The notes under the pieces were generated by a model that worked only from the letters and a program-made list of their open reading frames with translations, did not search any database and was not told the origin of the DNA. Made by a program: the position numbers and the translations under genes. Positions 42,905-54,104 of a stretch of 64,000 bases of DNA are shown here, piece after piece (position 1 is the stretch's first letter; each line of letters opens with the position of its first letter). Source of the stretch: Alphaproteobacteria bacterium. GTDB lineage: Bacteria; Pseudomonadota; Alphaproteobacteria; SP197. The stretch is taken from positions 2,592,001 through 2,656,000 of the forward strand of contig OZ219747.1 in the NCBI GenBank assembly GCA_964291265.2. The letters are read 5' to 3'.

Positions 42905-43707
42905 CGATGCCACGACCTGCGCAGCCCGGCACGGCGAGCTTCGACTTCTCCGGCCGCCGAGTTCTTGTCACGGGCGCGAGCCGCGGCATCGGACTTGGCG
43001 TGGCGGAGGGCTTCGTGGCCGCAGGAGCGGACGTCACGATCCTGGCCGTTGACGACGAAGTCGAGGAAACGGCGAAGATGCTCGCCGGCCTTCATGACCG
43101 GGAGGTCGGCGCGATCGTCTGCGACATCGCAGACCGGGATGAGGTCCGCGTTGCGCTGGCGCCGTTCGATCGCATCGATGTCCTCGTCAACAATGCGGGG
43201 CTGGAACTCGTGACGCCGATGTCCGATCGCTCCGAGGAAATGGTCTCGACCTTCGAGAGGATCGTCGAGGTCAATGTTCTGGGGACGTATCACGTGACGA
43301 GGACGGCGCTCCCCAGGATGGGGCCTGGTGGGCGAATCATCATCACGTCCTCCATGTGGGGAAAGACGGCGGTCGGCGAATTCAGCGCCTACTGTTCGTC
43401 CAAGCATGCGAACATCGGATTCATGCGCAGTCTCGCCAGGGAGCTCGGACCGCGCGGAATCAGCGTGAATGCCGTGTGTCCCGGCTGGGTTCGCACCGCA
43501 GCGGCGATGCGCACCCTGTCGGTCATGGCAAGACGCGACGCAAGGGAAGAAAGCGAACTCCTGCGAGAGATCGTCGATGGGCAGGCATTGGAGGGGCTGA
43601 TGGAGCCTGAAGACATGGCCGCGACCTACCTGTTTCTGGCTTCCGATGCGGCCAGGAACATCACGGGACAAGCCATCAGCGTGGATCGCGGAGAATTCGT
43701 CGGCTGA
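42901..43707 (+). CDS. SDR family oxidoreductase
   Basis: TGASRGIG, NNAG and YCSSK motifs. Confidence 0.92.
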   Translation: MTMPRPAQPGTASFDFSGRRVLVTGASRGIGLGVAEGFVAAGADVTILAVDDEVEETAKMLAGLHDREVGAIVCDIADRDEVRVALAPFDRIDVLVNNAGLELVTPMSDRSEEMVSTFERIVEVNVLGTYHVTRTALPRMGPGGRIIITSSMWGKTAVGEFSAYCSSKHANIGFMRSLARELGPRGISVNAVCPGWVRTAAAMRTLSVMARRDAREESELLREIVDGQALEGLMEPEDMAATYLFLASDAARNITGQAISVDRGEFVG

Positions 43708-43945
43708 GCGCGGATCCTGGTGGAACGGTGGCGTTCGGCACCGACGCCACAGTCATGACCGGCCAGGCGATCGGTCCGGTCGGCGGTTCGGTCATGTCCG
43801 GGGGGCTGCGGATCCAGGACGTCCGTTGGTAGAGCGGATTCCCTTCGAATGCCCCGAGCCACCGTTGAAGAGCTTGGAGCGTGGCCGGAGCTTCGGGTGT
43901 CCCTGGACGAGCATCGAATCTGGCCGGACCGATTGAGTACTCGTT

Positions 43946-44739
43946 ATGCGCAGGATCCTGGTTCTCGTTCTCGCCATCAGCGTGCTGACGCTGGCGGGCT
44001 GCTGGTCCATGGGAGTCATCGAGTCGTACACTGACAAGGTCCGGTTCGCCATGCGAGCACCGTCTGGGGAGGGGCCCTTGCCTTCAGTGATCCTGATGCA
44101 CGGTTGCAGTGGTCTTGGTGGTTCTGTGGGACGGGGCATGGCGCAACATGCCGACCACCTTGTCGACGCAGGCTTCATCGCGTTGATCCTGGACAGCTTT
44201 TCGTCGCGCGGGATCGACTCGACCTGTACGTCATCGAGAGGGATGGCCGAATCGACGCTGTTTCGCCAGTACGATGCAATTCAGGCCCTGCAGCACGTGC
44301 AGGGCCTGCCCAACGCCGCCCCGAGCAACGTGTTCCTGATGGGCCAGAGCGAGGGCGGAAGCGTCGCTGTCAAGCTTGCCGCCCACCACTCGGCCTCGGT
44401 CGTCAAGGATGCCGCTCTGGTCGAGGCTTCAGGGCAGCCCTGGTTTGCGGCAATCGTGGCCTACGATCCATGGAGTCCGCACGTTCCGAAGCGGCTCGAC
44501 ACTCCTCTGCTCGTTCTCTCCGGCGAAAGGGATGATTGGACACCATCGCAGGGCTGCGTCTGGCAGAAGGCAGTGTCAAGGGTGCGCCCTACGAAGTCAC
44601 GATCTACGAGGACGCTCATCACAGTTTCGATCTGCCGCTGCCGCACTACGCCGGCCATACCGACATCGGGGGACATCCAGAGGCCGCGGCCGATTCGCGG
44701 ACGAGGATGGTCACGTGGTTTCGCGAGCATAGGCGATAG
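43946..44739 (+). pseudogene. Dienelactone hydrolase-family lipoprotein, frameshifted near 44560
   Basis: HGCSG, GQSEGG and DDWTP in one frame; YEDAHHSFD in another frame. Confidence 0.75.
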
Positions 44740-44917
44740 GCGGCATCGCACGAATCCATCGTCGGCTTCGCTCCACCGGGGTGAAGGAACGCAGCGCATC
44801 ATGATCGGGCCGAGGGAGGCGCTGATGGTGCCCCGTGCGAATCCGCCGTTCCTGGAACCTGTCGCCGCCACCGGACCGGCGCACCGAACAACCGGGGCAA
44901 TGCTGTTCGCAAAGGAG

Positions 44918-45535
44918 TCAGATCCTGTCGGCGAAGGCGGAGATGCCACGCTTGTGATGGAGGATCTCGTCTCGGCCCAGACCGTGGAGTTCATGGGGAA
45001 AGACCAGCCAGCTCTCGGTCTTATGGACGTAGAAGTCCGGCACGCGATCGGTGCGGTTGTTGTCCGGCTTGTAGTAGACCGTGGCAATGCGCGTGTCGTC
45101 GGGCATGTTGCGGCGGGCCTTGCGGCGAAGATGGGAGATGACCGCACTGATGCTGAGGCCGCTATCGAAGACGTCATCGACGATGAGCAGGGCCTGGTCG
45201 GCATTCACGTTGTCGATGATGTACTGCATGCCGTGCACGCGGACCTTCTCTCGTTCCTGCGCGATGGACCGGTAGGAGGATGTGCGGATGGCGATGTGGT
45301 CGGTTTCCACACCGAAGAAATCGAGCAGTTCCTGAACGGCGATGCCAACCGGCGCTCCTCCGCGCCATACGCCGACAATGAAGGTCGGACGGAAGCCGCT
45401 GTCGAGGATCTGCACGCCCAGGCGAAATGAATCCTCGAGCAGGGATTCGGCGGTGATATAGTGCTTGTCCACCGCCGCCGGTTCGACAGGTGATCGGACT
45501 GCCGACGCCGTTCGTGCCATGATCTGCGAACTCAA
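44918..45535 (-). CDS. Type I phosphoribosyltransferase
   Basis: WRGG and LIVDDVFDSG motifs. Confidence 0.9.
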   Translation of the reverse strand: MSSQIMARTASAVRSPVEPAAVDKHYITAESLLEDSFRLGVQILDSGFRPTFIVGVWRGGAPVGIAVQELLDFFGVETDHIAIRTSSYRSIAQEREKVRVHGMQYIIDNVNADQALLIVDDVFDSGLSISAVISHLRRKARRNMPDDTRIATVYYKPDNNRTDRVPDFYVHKTESWLVFPHELHGLGRDEILHHKRGISAFADRI

Positions 45536-45651
45536 TCCTGGAATGTCGGGGAGGGTTCAGATCTCTTCAGCCGTGGCGGCGGCGATGGTCATGTCGGCGA
45601 TACCGTTCAGCGCGATCCATCAGCAATGCCCTCCGGCGGGAGGTCGGGGCA

Positions 45652-45978
45652 TCAGACGACCCGGTCACCGGCATGGGACGAGGTGACCGCAAACCGGTAG
45701 CCCCCGGGTCCGTCGATGTGGAAGGTGTCGTGAATGCGGCCGCGTTCGATGTCGGTTGCGGTGACACCGGCGGTCGCGAAGTCATCGTGTGCCGCATCAA
45801 TGTCGTCGACCATGAGATCGAAGGGCGCCGCGGTACCGGGTTTCACCGTTTCGCAGGCACGGCTTACCACGAGATGAGTGCCACCGCGCAACTCGAGAAC
45901 TCCGAAGTCGCCGCCGCGAAAGATGTCGCGCATGCCGTGGCGCACGAAGAAGGCGCAGGCGTCGTCGACATCTTCCAC
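45652..45978 (-). CDS. VOC/glyoxalase family protein (5' part probably frameshifted)
   Basis: LELRGGTHL and DLMVDD motifs; LAVGHV lies upstream in another frame. Confidence 0.7.
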   Translation of the reverse strand: MEDVDDACAFFVRHGMRDIFRGGDFGVLELRGGTHLVVSRACETVKPGTAAPFDLMVDDIDAAHDDFATAGVTATDIERGRIHDTFHIDGPGGYRFAVTSSHAGDRVV

Positions 45979-46099
45979 CTCGATCTCACATGCCCCACCG
46001 CCAGTTTCGGTCTTCCATCGTCGCCCACCGCAGTCTCCTTCCCGGTTCGTTCAGACGCCGATCATACGGCACGTTGATGACGGCAGGCCAATCGGCGGC

Positions 46100-47338
46100 C
46101 TACAGGGCAGGCTGCATGATCCGCCGCCGCCGGAACGTGGTTTCGCGTCCGGGCATCGGCCGGGAAGGAATCATGCAGGAAAGGGCGAGCGAGATGGCTG
46201 CCATGCCGGCGCCGACGAGAAAGACGGTCATGCGCCCGTCGGCATCGGCGACCCAGATGAGGCCCAGCATCCACGGCATGGTCACCGCTGCGATATGGTT
46301 GATCGTGAAGGAGACGCCAGCGGTCGAAGCAATGTCGCCGGTCTCGGCGATCTTGCGGAAGTAGCTCTTGATGGCGATGGCGAGGGCGAAGAAGAGGTGA
46401 TCAAGGATATAGAGTGCGGCGGCCATCCAGGCGACCTCGACGAACGCATAGGCGACAAAGATGCCGATCAGTCCGACGTACTCCAGGATCAGCGCCGGCC
46501 TTTCGCCCCAATGCATGATGAGGCGTCCTGCCCGCGGAGCCAGCCACATGGCGATGACGTGGTTGGCCGCGAACAGGGCAACGACGGCCTCCGGGCGGTA
46601 GCCGAACTCGGCGACCATGAGGAATGCGGCGAAGCCGATGAAGATCTGGCGGCGTCCGCCGGACATGAACTCCAGCGCGTAGTAGAGCCAGTAGCGTCTG
46701 CGCAGGACGATCGTCATGGTCTGGAATCCGGACTCCCCGAAACGCGGGAAGAACTTCCAGCAGAAGAGACCGAGCCCCAGAGTGGCCGATCCGGAGATCA
46801 GGTAGACGATCCAGTAGGGTGAATCCAGGAACTCGAAGGCGACATAGACCAGGGCGTAGGCGACCAGTGATCCGGCGGCAGCCACGGCGGCCATGCGCCC
46901 CAGGACAAGTGGCAATTCCTCCTTCGACGTCCACTGCATGGAGAGCGACTGCTCCATGGTGGCGAGGTAGTGAAAGCCGGTCGACATCACCAGGGTCGTG
47001 AAATAGAGACCCCAGACCGTGGGCAACAGACCGGTGAGGGCGACTCCCAGGCCCAGGACGCTGAGCGCGAGAATGGCGAAGGTCTGCTGGCGCCAGACAA
47101 GCAGCATGTAGACGGCCGTGAACGCAAGGAAACCGGGTATCTCACGCACGGATTCGAGAATCCCGCGTTCCAGCCCGGTGAAGTCCACGACATCGACCGC
47201 GAAGTTGTTGATCAGCGCCGACCACGGCTCGAAGGCTATGGGGATGGATGCGGCAAAGATCAGCAGCAGGATCTGGGGGCTGCGCCAGCCGTCCTTCAGC
47301 ACCCCCTGCCAGTCACGAAGAAGATGGCGGCTGCGCAT
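46100..47338 (-). CDS. MFS transporter
   Basis: REIPGFLAF and FTINHIAAV motifs; hydrophobic. Confidence 0.88.
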   Translation of the reverse strand: MRSRHLLRDWQGVLKDGWRSPQILLLIFAASIPIAFEPWSALINNFAVDVVDFTGLERGILESVREIPGFLAFTAVYMLLVWRQQTFAILALSVLGLGVALTGLLPTVWGLYFTTLVMSTGFHYLATMEQSLSMQWTSKEELPLVLGRMAAVAAAGSLVAYALVYVAFEFLDSPYWIVYLISGSATLGLGLFCWKFFPRFGESGFQTMTIVLRRRYWLYYALEFMSGGRRQIFIGFAAFLMVAEFGYRPEAVVALFAANHVIAMWLAPRAGRLIMHWGERPALILEYVGLIGIFVAYAFVEVAWMAAALYILDHLFFALAIAIKSYFRKIAETGDIASTAGVSFTINHIAAVTMPWMLGLIWVADADGRMTVFLVGAGMAAISLALSCMIPSRPMPGRETTFRRRRIMQPAL

Positions 47339-47341
47339 GGT

Positions 47342-48145
47342 TCAGCCGCCAAAGCTGTAGGAGTCCATGTCGAACCGCGGTTGGCCTGTGACACCTGTCA
47401 GGCCGCCGTCGCAGACGAGCATGGTGGAGTTGACGAAGCTGGCCTCGTCACTGGCGAGAAAGCAGATGGCGGCGGCACATTCCTCCGGTGTTCCAATGCG
47501 TCCGAGAGGAATCGATCGGGCATAGGCGGCAGCCTGTTCGGGCGCCGTCTCGAGGCTTCCCAGCATGCGCCGGGTGCCGATGGGGCCAGGACAGATCGCG
47601 TTGGCGCGAATGTTGTAGCGCCCGACTTCCCAGGCGAGGCACTGGGTGAGGTTCCAGACCGCCGCCTTCGCGGCGTTGTAGGCGCCCCATCCGGGGTCAC
47701 CTGCAAGGCCGGAGATCGACGACATGTTGACGATGGCGCCGCCACCCGTCGTCTTCATCCGGCGCACCGCGAGGCGGCAGCAGATGACGGTCGAGAGCAC
47801 GTTGAGACGCCACAGACGTTCCCAGTCGTCGCTGGCGAGGTCCTCGATGGTGCCGAACATGGAGTTTCCGGCGATATGGATCGAGGCGTCGAGCCGGCCG
47901 CCCGACGTGTCGTCGAGTGTCCCGAAGGCTGCTTCGATCCCGGACTCCTCCATGACGTCGGCCACGATCGCCGTCACGTTTCCACCCGCATTCGTCAACG
48001 GATCGACTGCACCCGCGAGGTCGCTGGCCTGGTGGTCCACGGCGACGACCGTGGCGCCTTCGCCCGCCAGTCGTTCCATCGTTGCCCTGCCGATGCCGTT
48101 GGCAGCGCCCGTCACGAGAGCCACCCTGTCTTCAAACCGGTCCAT
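47342..48145 (-). CDS. SDR family oxidoreductase
   Basis: TGAANGIG and YNAAK motifs. Confidence 0.9.
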   Translation of the reverse strand: MDRFEDRVALVTGAANGIGRATMERLAGEGATVVAVDHQASDLAGAVDPLTNAGGNVTAIVADVMEESGIEAAFGTLDDTSGGRLDASIHIAGNSMFGTIEDLASDDWERLWRLNVLSTVICCRLAVRRMKTTGGGAIVNMSSISGLAGDPGWGAYNAAKAAVWNLTQCLAWEVGRYNIRANAICPGPIGTRRMLGSLETAPEQAAAYARSIPLGRIGTPEECAAAICFLASDEASFVNSTMLVCDGGLTGVTGQPRFDMDSYSFGG

Positions 48146-48458
48146 GGTCACGACATAGCGCCTCCTGCTCACCGACGCCAGATATTCCGCATGGGGTGCT
48201 CCGGATGAGCCATCCTCTCCTGTGAGGCGGACTGCGGGGAATGGGGGTGCTTGCCTCGTCTCTTCCGGCGCCGGTGACAGGGCCGACATTGATGTCGAGA
48301 TCGAGAACCATCTGCCCATTCGGTTGATGATCTCTGCTGTCGGCGCGCTTCGTTGGGGAGGAAACGCCGAGCCGTCCCCGTGACAAATCATCCCGTTGCC
48401 GGCTGGTGCACCCACATGATGGCACGTGGGCATGGTTATAAGCGTTCGGTGTAACTAC

Positions 48459-49938
48459 TCACCCCTTGTTAGGGTCTGGTTGTCCGTAGTGCTCGTTGAG
48501 GATGTCTACGGCCTTTCCGTCGAGGGCGATGTGGATGGCGACGTGAGGGTTGTAGCCGAGTGCGTCCATGGTGGTGAGGTAGCTTGAGCCGCGGCACCAT
48601 GCCTTGGCGTGGGGCATGGTGCGGAAACATCCGGACACCTTGATCTTGACCTTTGTCATCCTGATCTTCTGCTCTCCGGTATTATTTGTGAAACTGACAT
48701 TGGGGTCCTTCATGAAGCGCAGGACGGACTTCTCGTGTTTCACGAGACGTTCATGCAGGTTGTGCGCGTCGGACTTTGCGATGCGTCCCCGTTTTCCTCA
48801 TCGTCCGTGGCGGGATGTCGGGCAGTTCCCTGGCGCCCTGGGTGAGGATGGTGCGGTAGCGCTTGCGCACGGCCCGGCGGTCGGCCTCGTTCAAGGTCTT
48901 GGATGCGCTCTTGTTGACCCTGCGGGAGACCTCGCGCAGCAGGCTTTTCATCAGTCGCGCCCAGCGGTAGCCGTTGGACTCGACGACGAAGGTCATCTCG
49001 CGCAGCAGGTGACTGCCGCACAGTTGGTGGCGGCACTGATCGTAGCCCATGTAGGCAGCCCAGCAGTCGTGGATCAGGACGCCCTTGTAGCGCGGGATGA
49101 TGCCGATCTCTTCGATCGCCTCCCGGCCGCGCTTGGGGTGCGGGAACTTGCACGTCAGGGTGCCGTCGGTGACGACATGGAGCCATGGGGTCTTGCCGGC
49201 GACCCGGAAGCCGGTCTCGTCGACATGCAGGACCGGTTGTTGCAGGAGATGGGCCACGGCGGCCTCCTCCCATGATGCGAGGGCATCGTGAAAGCGCCGG
49301 ACATAGCCGAGGCAGGTCGCCTCGGAGAGCTTGATGCCGGAGATCGCGTGCACGAGCGAGACGGCACGACGCAGGGACAGCATCTGGGCGATCAGCAGGT
49401 TGATGACGAGGGCCTGGATGCTGACGCCGTACTGCAGGGGGCCCGGCACGTTGTCTGGGAACCGGCCCTTGGTCCGGGCCCGGCACTTCGGACATTTCTT
49501 GATCTCGGCTTCGACGCGGCGCTCGACGACTTCGAACACGATGTCGTAGAGGACGCGGCACTCCCGGTCGACGGGGTCGACATCGTGGAGGTCGGCGCCG
49601 CAGGCGTCGCAGGCATCGACGGTGATCGTCTCCTCGATGGTGGTCGTGCGCAGGTTGTCGCCCGTCTGCTGGTTCGGTTTCGGGCCCTTGCCGTGGCTCC
49701 CGGTGCGCCTCGCGCTCTCGTCCTTGTCAGTCTGAGATGGCGGCAGACCGGAGTTCCGGCTCGTCTTACGTGTGATCTTCTCCATGAGCACGGTCAGCAA
49801 CAGCTTTATCAGCATCAGCATGCTGCGGAAGAGCTCCTCGCACTCCTGGTTGACCTTGCCTTGCTTGCGGAGATCCTGGAACTGCTTCTGGAAGACGTCG
49901 GCCTCCTGGCGCACAGACGTGCCGTTCACGCTCGCCAT
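48459..49938 (-). pseudogene. tnpC: IS66 TnpC, frameshifted near 48800
   Basis: Near-identical to 11194-12672, with small indels at 48785-48802. Confidence 0.88.
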
Positions 49939-50362
49939 GACGACGCCTCCACCGCCATGACAGCCGCCAGCACGGCGAGCCGCTCGCCTTCGGGCATCGT
50001 CCGGTAGCGCCGCGCCCAGCTCTCTGCGAGGCGCTTGATGCGCTGGCGGTCGAGCGAGTTCCTGCCCGCACACGTGTGCCAGTGCGGCCGGCCCGGTGCG
50101 AAGTTGAACCACAACTTCTCGGTGACAACGCAGCAGGACTTTCCTACGCTACGGCTGATTTTTCGGGAAGCCGATGAATCGCGCCCGAATCGGCCATCTG
50201 ATCTTTCGCGAGGCCGACGAATCGAGGCCGAATCGGGATGTCCTGGACGGATTCCGTGGCTTCAGTGCCGTCCGCATGGCGACACCGGCAGCGTTTTCGG
50301 CCCGGATGCTTGGTTCTTGATGTTCTAGCAGCGTTCCGGGGTCCCCGGACGCTCAAGGCGTC

Positions 50363-51748
50363 TCAGGGCCGGGTCAGGGCGTTGATGGCCTCGCGACGGT
50401 CCAGTTGTAGGCGGCGCCGGGTTTCGGCGAGGCTTTCGGCCTCGCGGCGGTTGGCGAAGATCACCGCGAGCGCGATGTTGTTGAGGCTGGCCCGGTTCGC
50501 CGGGCCGTTGTCGGTGCGGGTCAGGCAGGCGTCTTCGCCGAAGACGCAATCCCTTTGTCGATGGTTCAGATTTTCCACGGCCCAGTGGCGGCGGTTCAGT
50601 CGCAACAACTCTTCCGGCGACGTGGCCCCCGTATCGAGAGAGGTGATGATGTAATCGGTTTCCGTGTAATCCTTCTCTTCTTGCTTCCCGGCATCGCCGG
50701 AGCCTTTCTTCCCGGCATCGCCGGGGCCTTTCTTCCCGGCATCGCCGGGGCCTTTCTTCCCGGCATCGCCGGGGCCTTTCTTCCCGGCATCGCCGGGGCC
50801 TTTCTTCCCGGCATCGCCGGAGCCTTCCTTCCCGGCATCGCCGGGGCCTTCCTTCCCGGCATCGCCGGAGCCTTCCTTCCCGGCATCGCCGGGGCCTTCC
50901 TTCCCGGCATCGCCGGAGCCTTTCTTCCACGGCTCCCGATAGCGGGTGATGCGGGCGACCTGACGGACGCCCGGATAGTTGATCAGACCGTCCAACGGGA
51001 CGAGGACGCTGATCGAACGCTGCTCCAGTCGACCGTGCGCCTTGTCGAACGGCTCCGTGAAGTGGCCGGTAGCGTCTTTTTGCCAATTGATGCTGTCGAG
51101 GATGGCGAAGGTCTCCGGAGCGTTGCCCTTGACGACGAAGACGTAATCCGCGCGTTGTGTGATCAGCTTTGCGGTATGGCGTGTCGTGTGCAGCGCGTCG
51201 AGGGTGATCACCTTGCCGCCGATGTCGCTGCGCTCCAGGAGATCGTGCATGGCCGCCAGTTCGCCGCCTTCGTCGTTGAAGTTCAGGAGGGAAAAGGGCG
51301 CGCCGGTCTCATGGTCGACAAGGGCCACGGTCTCGTGACGGCCATCGCCGTTGCGGTTGGCGCCGCGGATGCGCTTGCCGTCGGCGGCGAGTGCACGGGC
51401 GAGGTGAAGCCGAGGCCGGGACCAGCGGGTGAGCACATCCTCCAGAGCCTCGGGGTCGATCGACTGGATAACCCGGTGGATGGTGGACTTGGAGACGGGC
51501 TCGCGAAGCCCCGTCTTCGGGTTAAGCCACGCGCCGATGGCCTCCAACTCCTCCTGGGACAGGGACCGCGCGAACTGCGCGGCGGCGACACAGCCCTTCA
51601 TGTTGGCGAACTCGGCGAGCACGTGCACGGTGAGCACCGATGCCGCGGTATGCTTCCTTCCCTGCGCCCGGCGGAAGTCGGGAATGGCCGCGCTTAAGCG
51701 TAGAGCGAGCGCAGCACCTTGGGGTCCCGGGGCGCCAGTTCGGGGCAT
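50363..51748 (-). CDS. ISAs1 transposase (start uncertain; probably once fused to the upstream DUF4338 ORF)
   Basis: PDFRR..G.KH, DGK, DALHT, VKGN, HGR.E, HWAVEN and D..FGED motifs. Confidence 0.88.
   Translation of the reverse strand: MPRTGAPGPQGAALALRLSAAIPDFRRAQGRKHTAASVLTVHVLAEFANMKGCVAAAQFARSLSQEELEAIGAWLNPKTGLREPVSKSTIHRVIQSIDPEALEDVLTRWSRPRLHLARALAADGKRIRGANRNGDGRHETVALVDHETGAPFSLLNFNDEGGELAAMHDLLERSDIGGKVITLDALHTTRHTAKLITQRADYVFVVKGNAPETFAILDSINWQKDATGHFTEPFDKAHGRLEQRSISVLVPLDGLINYPGVRQVARITRYREPWKKGSGDAGKEGPGDAGKEGSGDAGKEGPGDAGKEGSGDAGKKGPGDAGKKGPGDAGKKGPGDAGKKGPGDAGKKGSGDAGKQEEKDYTETDYIITSLDTGATSPEELLRLNRRHWAVENLNHRQRDCVFGEDACLTRTDNGPANRASLNNIALAVIFANRREAESLAETRRRLQLDRREAINALTRP
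50684..50923. repeat. 10 x 24-bp in-frame VNTR (GDAGK[K/E]G[P/S])
   Basis: Unit CTTCCCGGCATCGCCGGRGCCTTY, counted directly. Confidence 0.95.
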
Positions 51749-52485
51749 GAGGGCGGCGCCACGTCGGGGGGAAGCGGCAGTGGGCTCGACAGCAGCGCCC
51801 GGGCATCGCGCCTCAGTGCCGTAACGTAGATATCCTTGGGCTTGCCGTGAGGATCGGTGTAACGCCCGTTGGAGCGGGCAAACCCCTTGGTCTCACCCAG
51901 ACACGTCCAGCCCGCAGCCTTCAACATCGTGCCGGCAAAGATCTCCGGATCGCAGAACGTCTCCGCCAGCAGCACCCCGTGGCCGTGCACCTGCAGCCAA
52001 TCGTCACAGAGCCGGCGCGTCATGCACGCAAGGAAACAGGAAGCAAGGTTCGCAAACACCCCGGGCTTGGAGAGGATCAAGAACCGCGTGTTGTTGGCTA
52101 CCATCGAGAGCCGCTGGAACTGCTGCTCCGGCTTCCAGCCGGTCCACTGGTCGCGGGGAGCGCACTTGAAGGCGCCGTTCTGCCACGCCGCCAGCCCCAG
52201 CCAATGGCCCCTGAAGGTCGCAAGGTAGCGCAGACCGCGACCCGCCAGGCGACGGAAGCCGAGATAGTGGTGCTTGTTCATCAGCGCGTCCCACAGCGGA
52301 CGCTCCTCCGGCCTCGCCAGGCGAACATCGACCTCAGACAGGGAAAAACCCTCAGGTGCTTCCTGATGGATCGGGACAGCTTCCATGAGCTTGCGAATCG
52401 ACATGACCGGACCGTCGCACATCCCAAGCGGGATGGCCAGCGGAAAATGTCCGCGCGCGTGCAACATACGAACGCCTGACGTCAA
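51694..52485 (-). CDS. DUF4338 (DruA-like) domain ORF in ISAs1
   Basis: HHYLG, RD.WTGW, NN.RFLIL, NLAS, ETFCDP and G.TKG motifs. Confidence 0.82.
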   Translation of the reverse strand: MTSGVRMLHARGHFPLAIPLGMCDGPVMSIRKLMEAVPIHQEAPEGFSLSEVDVRLARPEERPLWDALMNKHHYLGFRRLAGRGLRYLATFRGHWLGLAAWQNGAFKCAPRDQWTGWKPEQQFQRLSMVANNTRFLILSKPGVFANLASCFLACMTRRLCDDWLQVHGHGVLLAETFCDPEIFAGTMLKAAGWTCLGETKGFARSNGRYTDPHGKPKDIYVTALRRDARALLSSPLPLPPDVAPPSCPELAPRDPKVLRSLYA

Positions 52486-53505
52486 GTGAAATCAAGCGAA
52501 TTCCAGCGTGGGAAGGCCTTGGACAACGCAGGCCTGGTTGTTGACCTGGATCTCGGCCGAGCGCCAGCCGGCGAGGTGCGTGTCGTAGAGCCGCGAGGGA
52601 TAGCCGGAGATCATCACCTGGCAGGGCAGCGACGTCAGGATGTCGAGGAGCGCAACATGGTCATCGTCCGTGCAGTCGAAGCGGTAGCGGCGCTGCGACC
52701 GGCGCGTCGACTGCACGTAAGGCGGGTCGCAGTAGACCAGCTCGCGGCCCTGGAAGGCGAAGGTCTCGAGAAAACGCAGGGCGCAGCCTTGGTGAAGCTC
52801 CACCGGATAGTCACAGCGGAAGCTGTCGATCGCCCGGCGGTTGAGGTCAATGCCGATGCTGCGTAGCGCCGGAGGCTTGCGCTTCATGATCGCGCCGCCC
52901 CCAAGGAACGCCTCGATGTACACGTCATGCGGCGGCATGGCCGCGACGATCGCCTGGCTCAGACCCGTCGTCGCCTTCGATCCATACCATGCCGCCATCA
53001 ATATCTCCGACGCAATCCGCCCCGATGGCCTGCATGTAGAGCGCCCCTCCTACAATGTCAAGCGCATATCTCCAGAGGATTGGAAAGGCAGCCAACGGAA
53101 CCCGCCCCACCGGACAGAACGGTTGACACGCAACCTCGGCGCGGGGTGCCGGATCACGTCGCAGCCCCCTCCCCATAAGGCCGGAACGTGGAGCTGAAGC
53201 CGAAGATCGATCCGCTTCTTGTCAGTCGGAACACGCACATCCGATCATCGGCAGCGAGCCAGTGAAGGCGGCAAGAGAAAATGCCGGATCCGAACCCGTC
53301 AGGAAAAACCATTCGTCATCAGTAGGGGGGTGAGTAGTTACCGTTCGGTTACGCAGTCATGGGCTGGCGAGGGCGCGGGGCTTAGCAAGCCAACGACATT
53401 CGACTTCCAGAGCGTCACGCACGACTGCGCGATGTCCCGGCGAGGATTGAACAGTGGGATTGTCTCGCCGCATCGCGTATCCTCGGCGCATATCCGGGAG
53501 GACCG

Positions 53506-53972
53506 ATGAACGCCGTCGAGATCGAGGAAGCGGTTTCCACGCTGGCCGACCGGCCCTTCGAGGCCGGGGAGTGCTCCTTCGCCTTCCTCCGGTGTTTCGG
53601 CAACAAAGCGACGACACTCAAGCGGTTGCGCGCCGACGTCTCGAACGGTTCCGACATCGGCGGCGTGCTTCAGCGCAGTACGCCAACGCGCGGCTTGATC
53701 CGACCTTCCTGATGGCCGAAATCGAGATCGTCGCTGCTTACCGGCTCTGCAATGTCGATTGTGGCGGGCTGGAGACGCTCAGCCACCGGATTTTCGCATC
53801 GGCCCGTCTGGATATCGAGATCGAAAACCGCTTCGACAATACCGTCATGCCGCGCGAGTGGTTCCTGGTGCCTCTCGACGCTATCGACGATGCTGTCGTG
53901 AAGATCAGGAAGGAGACGATCAAGCAAGACGTTTACGATTCGGACTCGGCTTCCTTCGTGCGGAGGCCGTGA
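53506..53972 (+). pseudogene. Deletion fusion: YeeA/MmeI-like MTase N-terminus joined to YeeC-like GIY-YIG/T5orf172 C-terminus
   Basis: MNAVEIEEAVS...FGNK.TT.KRLR, then NA.LDPTFLMA...PREWFLVPL. Confidence 0.7.
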
Positions 53973-54104
53973 TGAGCTCTCTGATCGTGATCGGCAGCGT
54001 CGTGCCCCGGACAACGCGGCCACGGCCCGAAGGCCAAGTTCATTCGCTGGACGCGCCTCCTTCGTCACGGACCCGACGGGACCAAGCCATCGACCCGGGA
54101 GGAC

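Larger units (their letters stand above)
50134..52521 (-). mobile_element. ISAs1-family element
   Basis: 10-bp TSD GACAACGCAG at 50124-50133 and 52522-52531; imperfect 17-bp TIR. Confidence 0.9.
49926..53001 (-). pseudogene. DNA adenine MTase split by ISAs1
   Basis: N-part 52522-53001 and C-part 49926-50133 match 12660-13337. Confidence 0.9.
48451..53341 (-). mobile_element. IS66-MTase element copy C with nested ISAs1
   Basis: TIR GTAACTACTCACCCC; TSD CGTTCGGT at 48443-48450 and 53342-53349. Confidence 0.94.

Noticed and set aside
44740-45430. C-terminal part of the 494-aa ORF 43946-45430
   Set aside because: Read-through after a frameshift, antisense to the phosphoribosyltransferase gene.
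50684-50923. CRISPR array
   Set aside because: Head-to-tail 24-mers with no spacers, in frame within a transposase.
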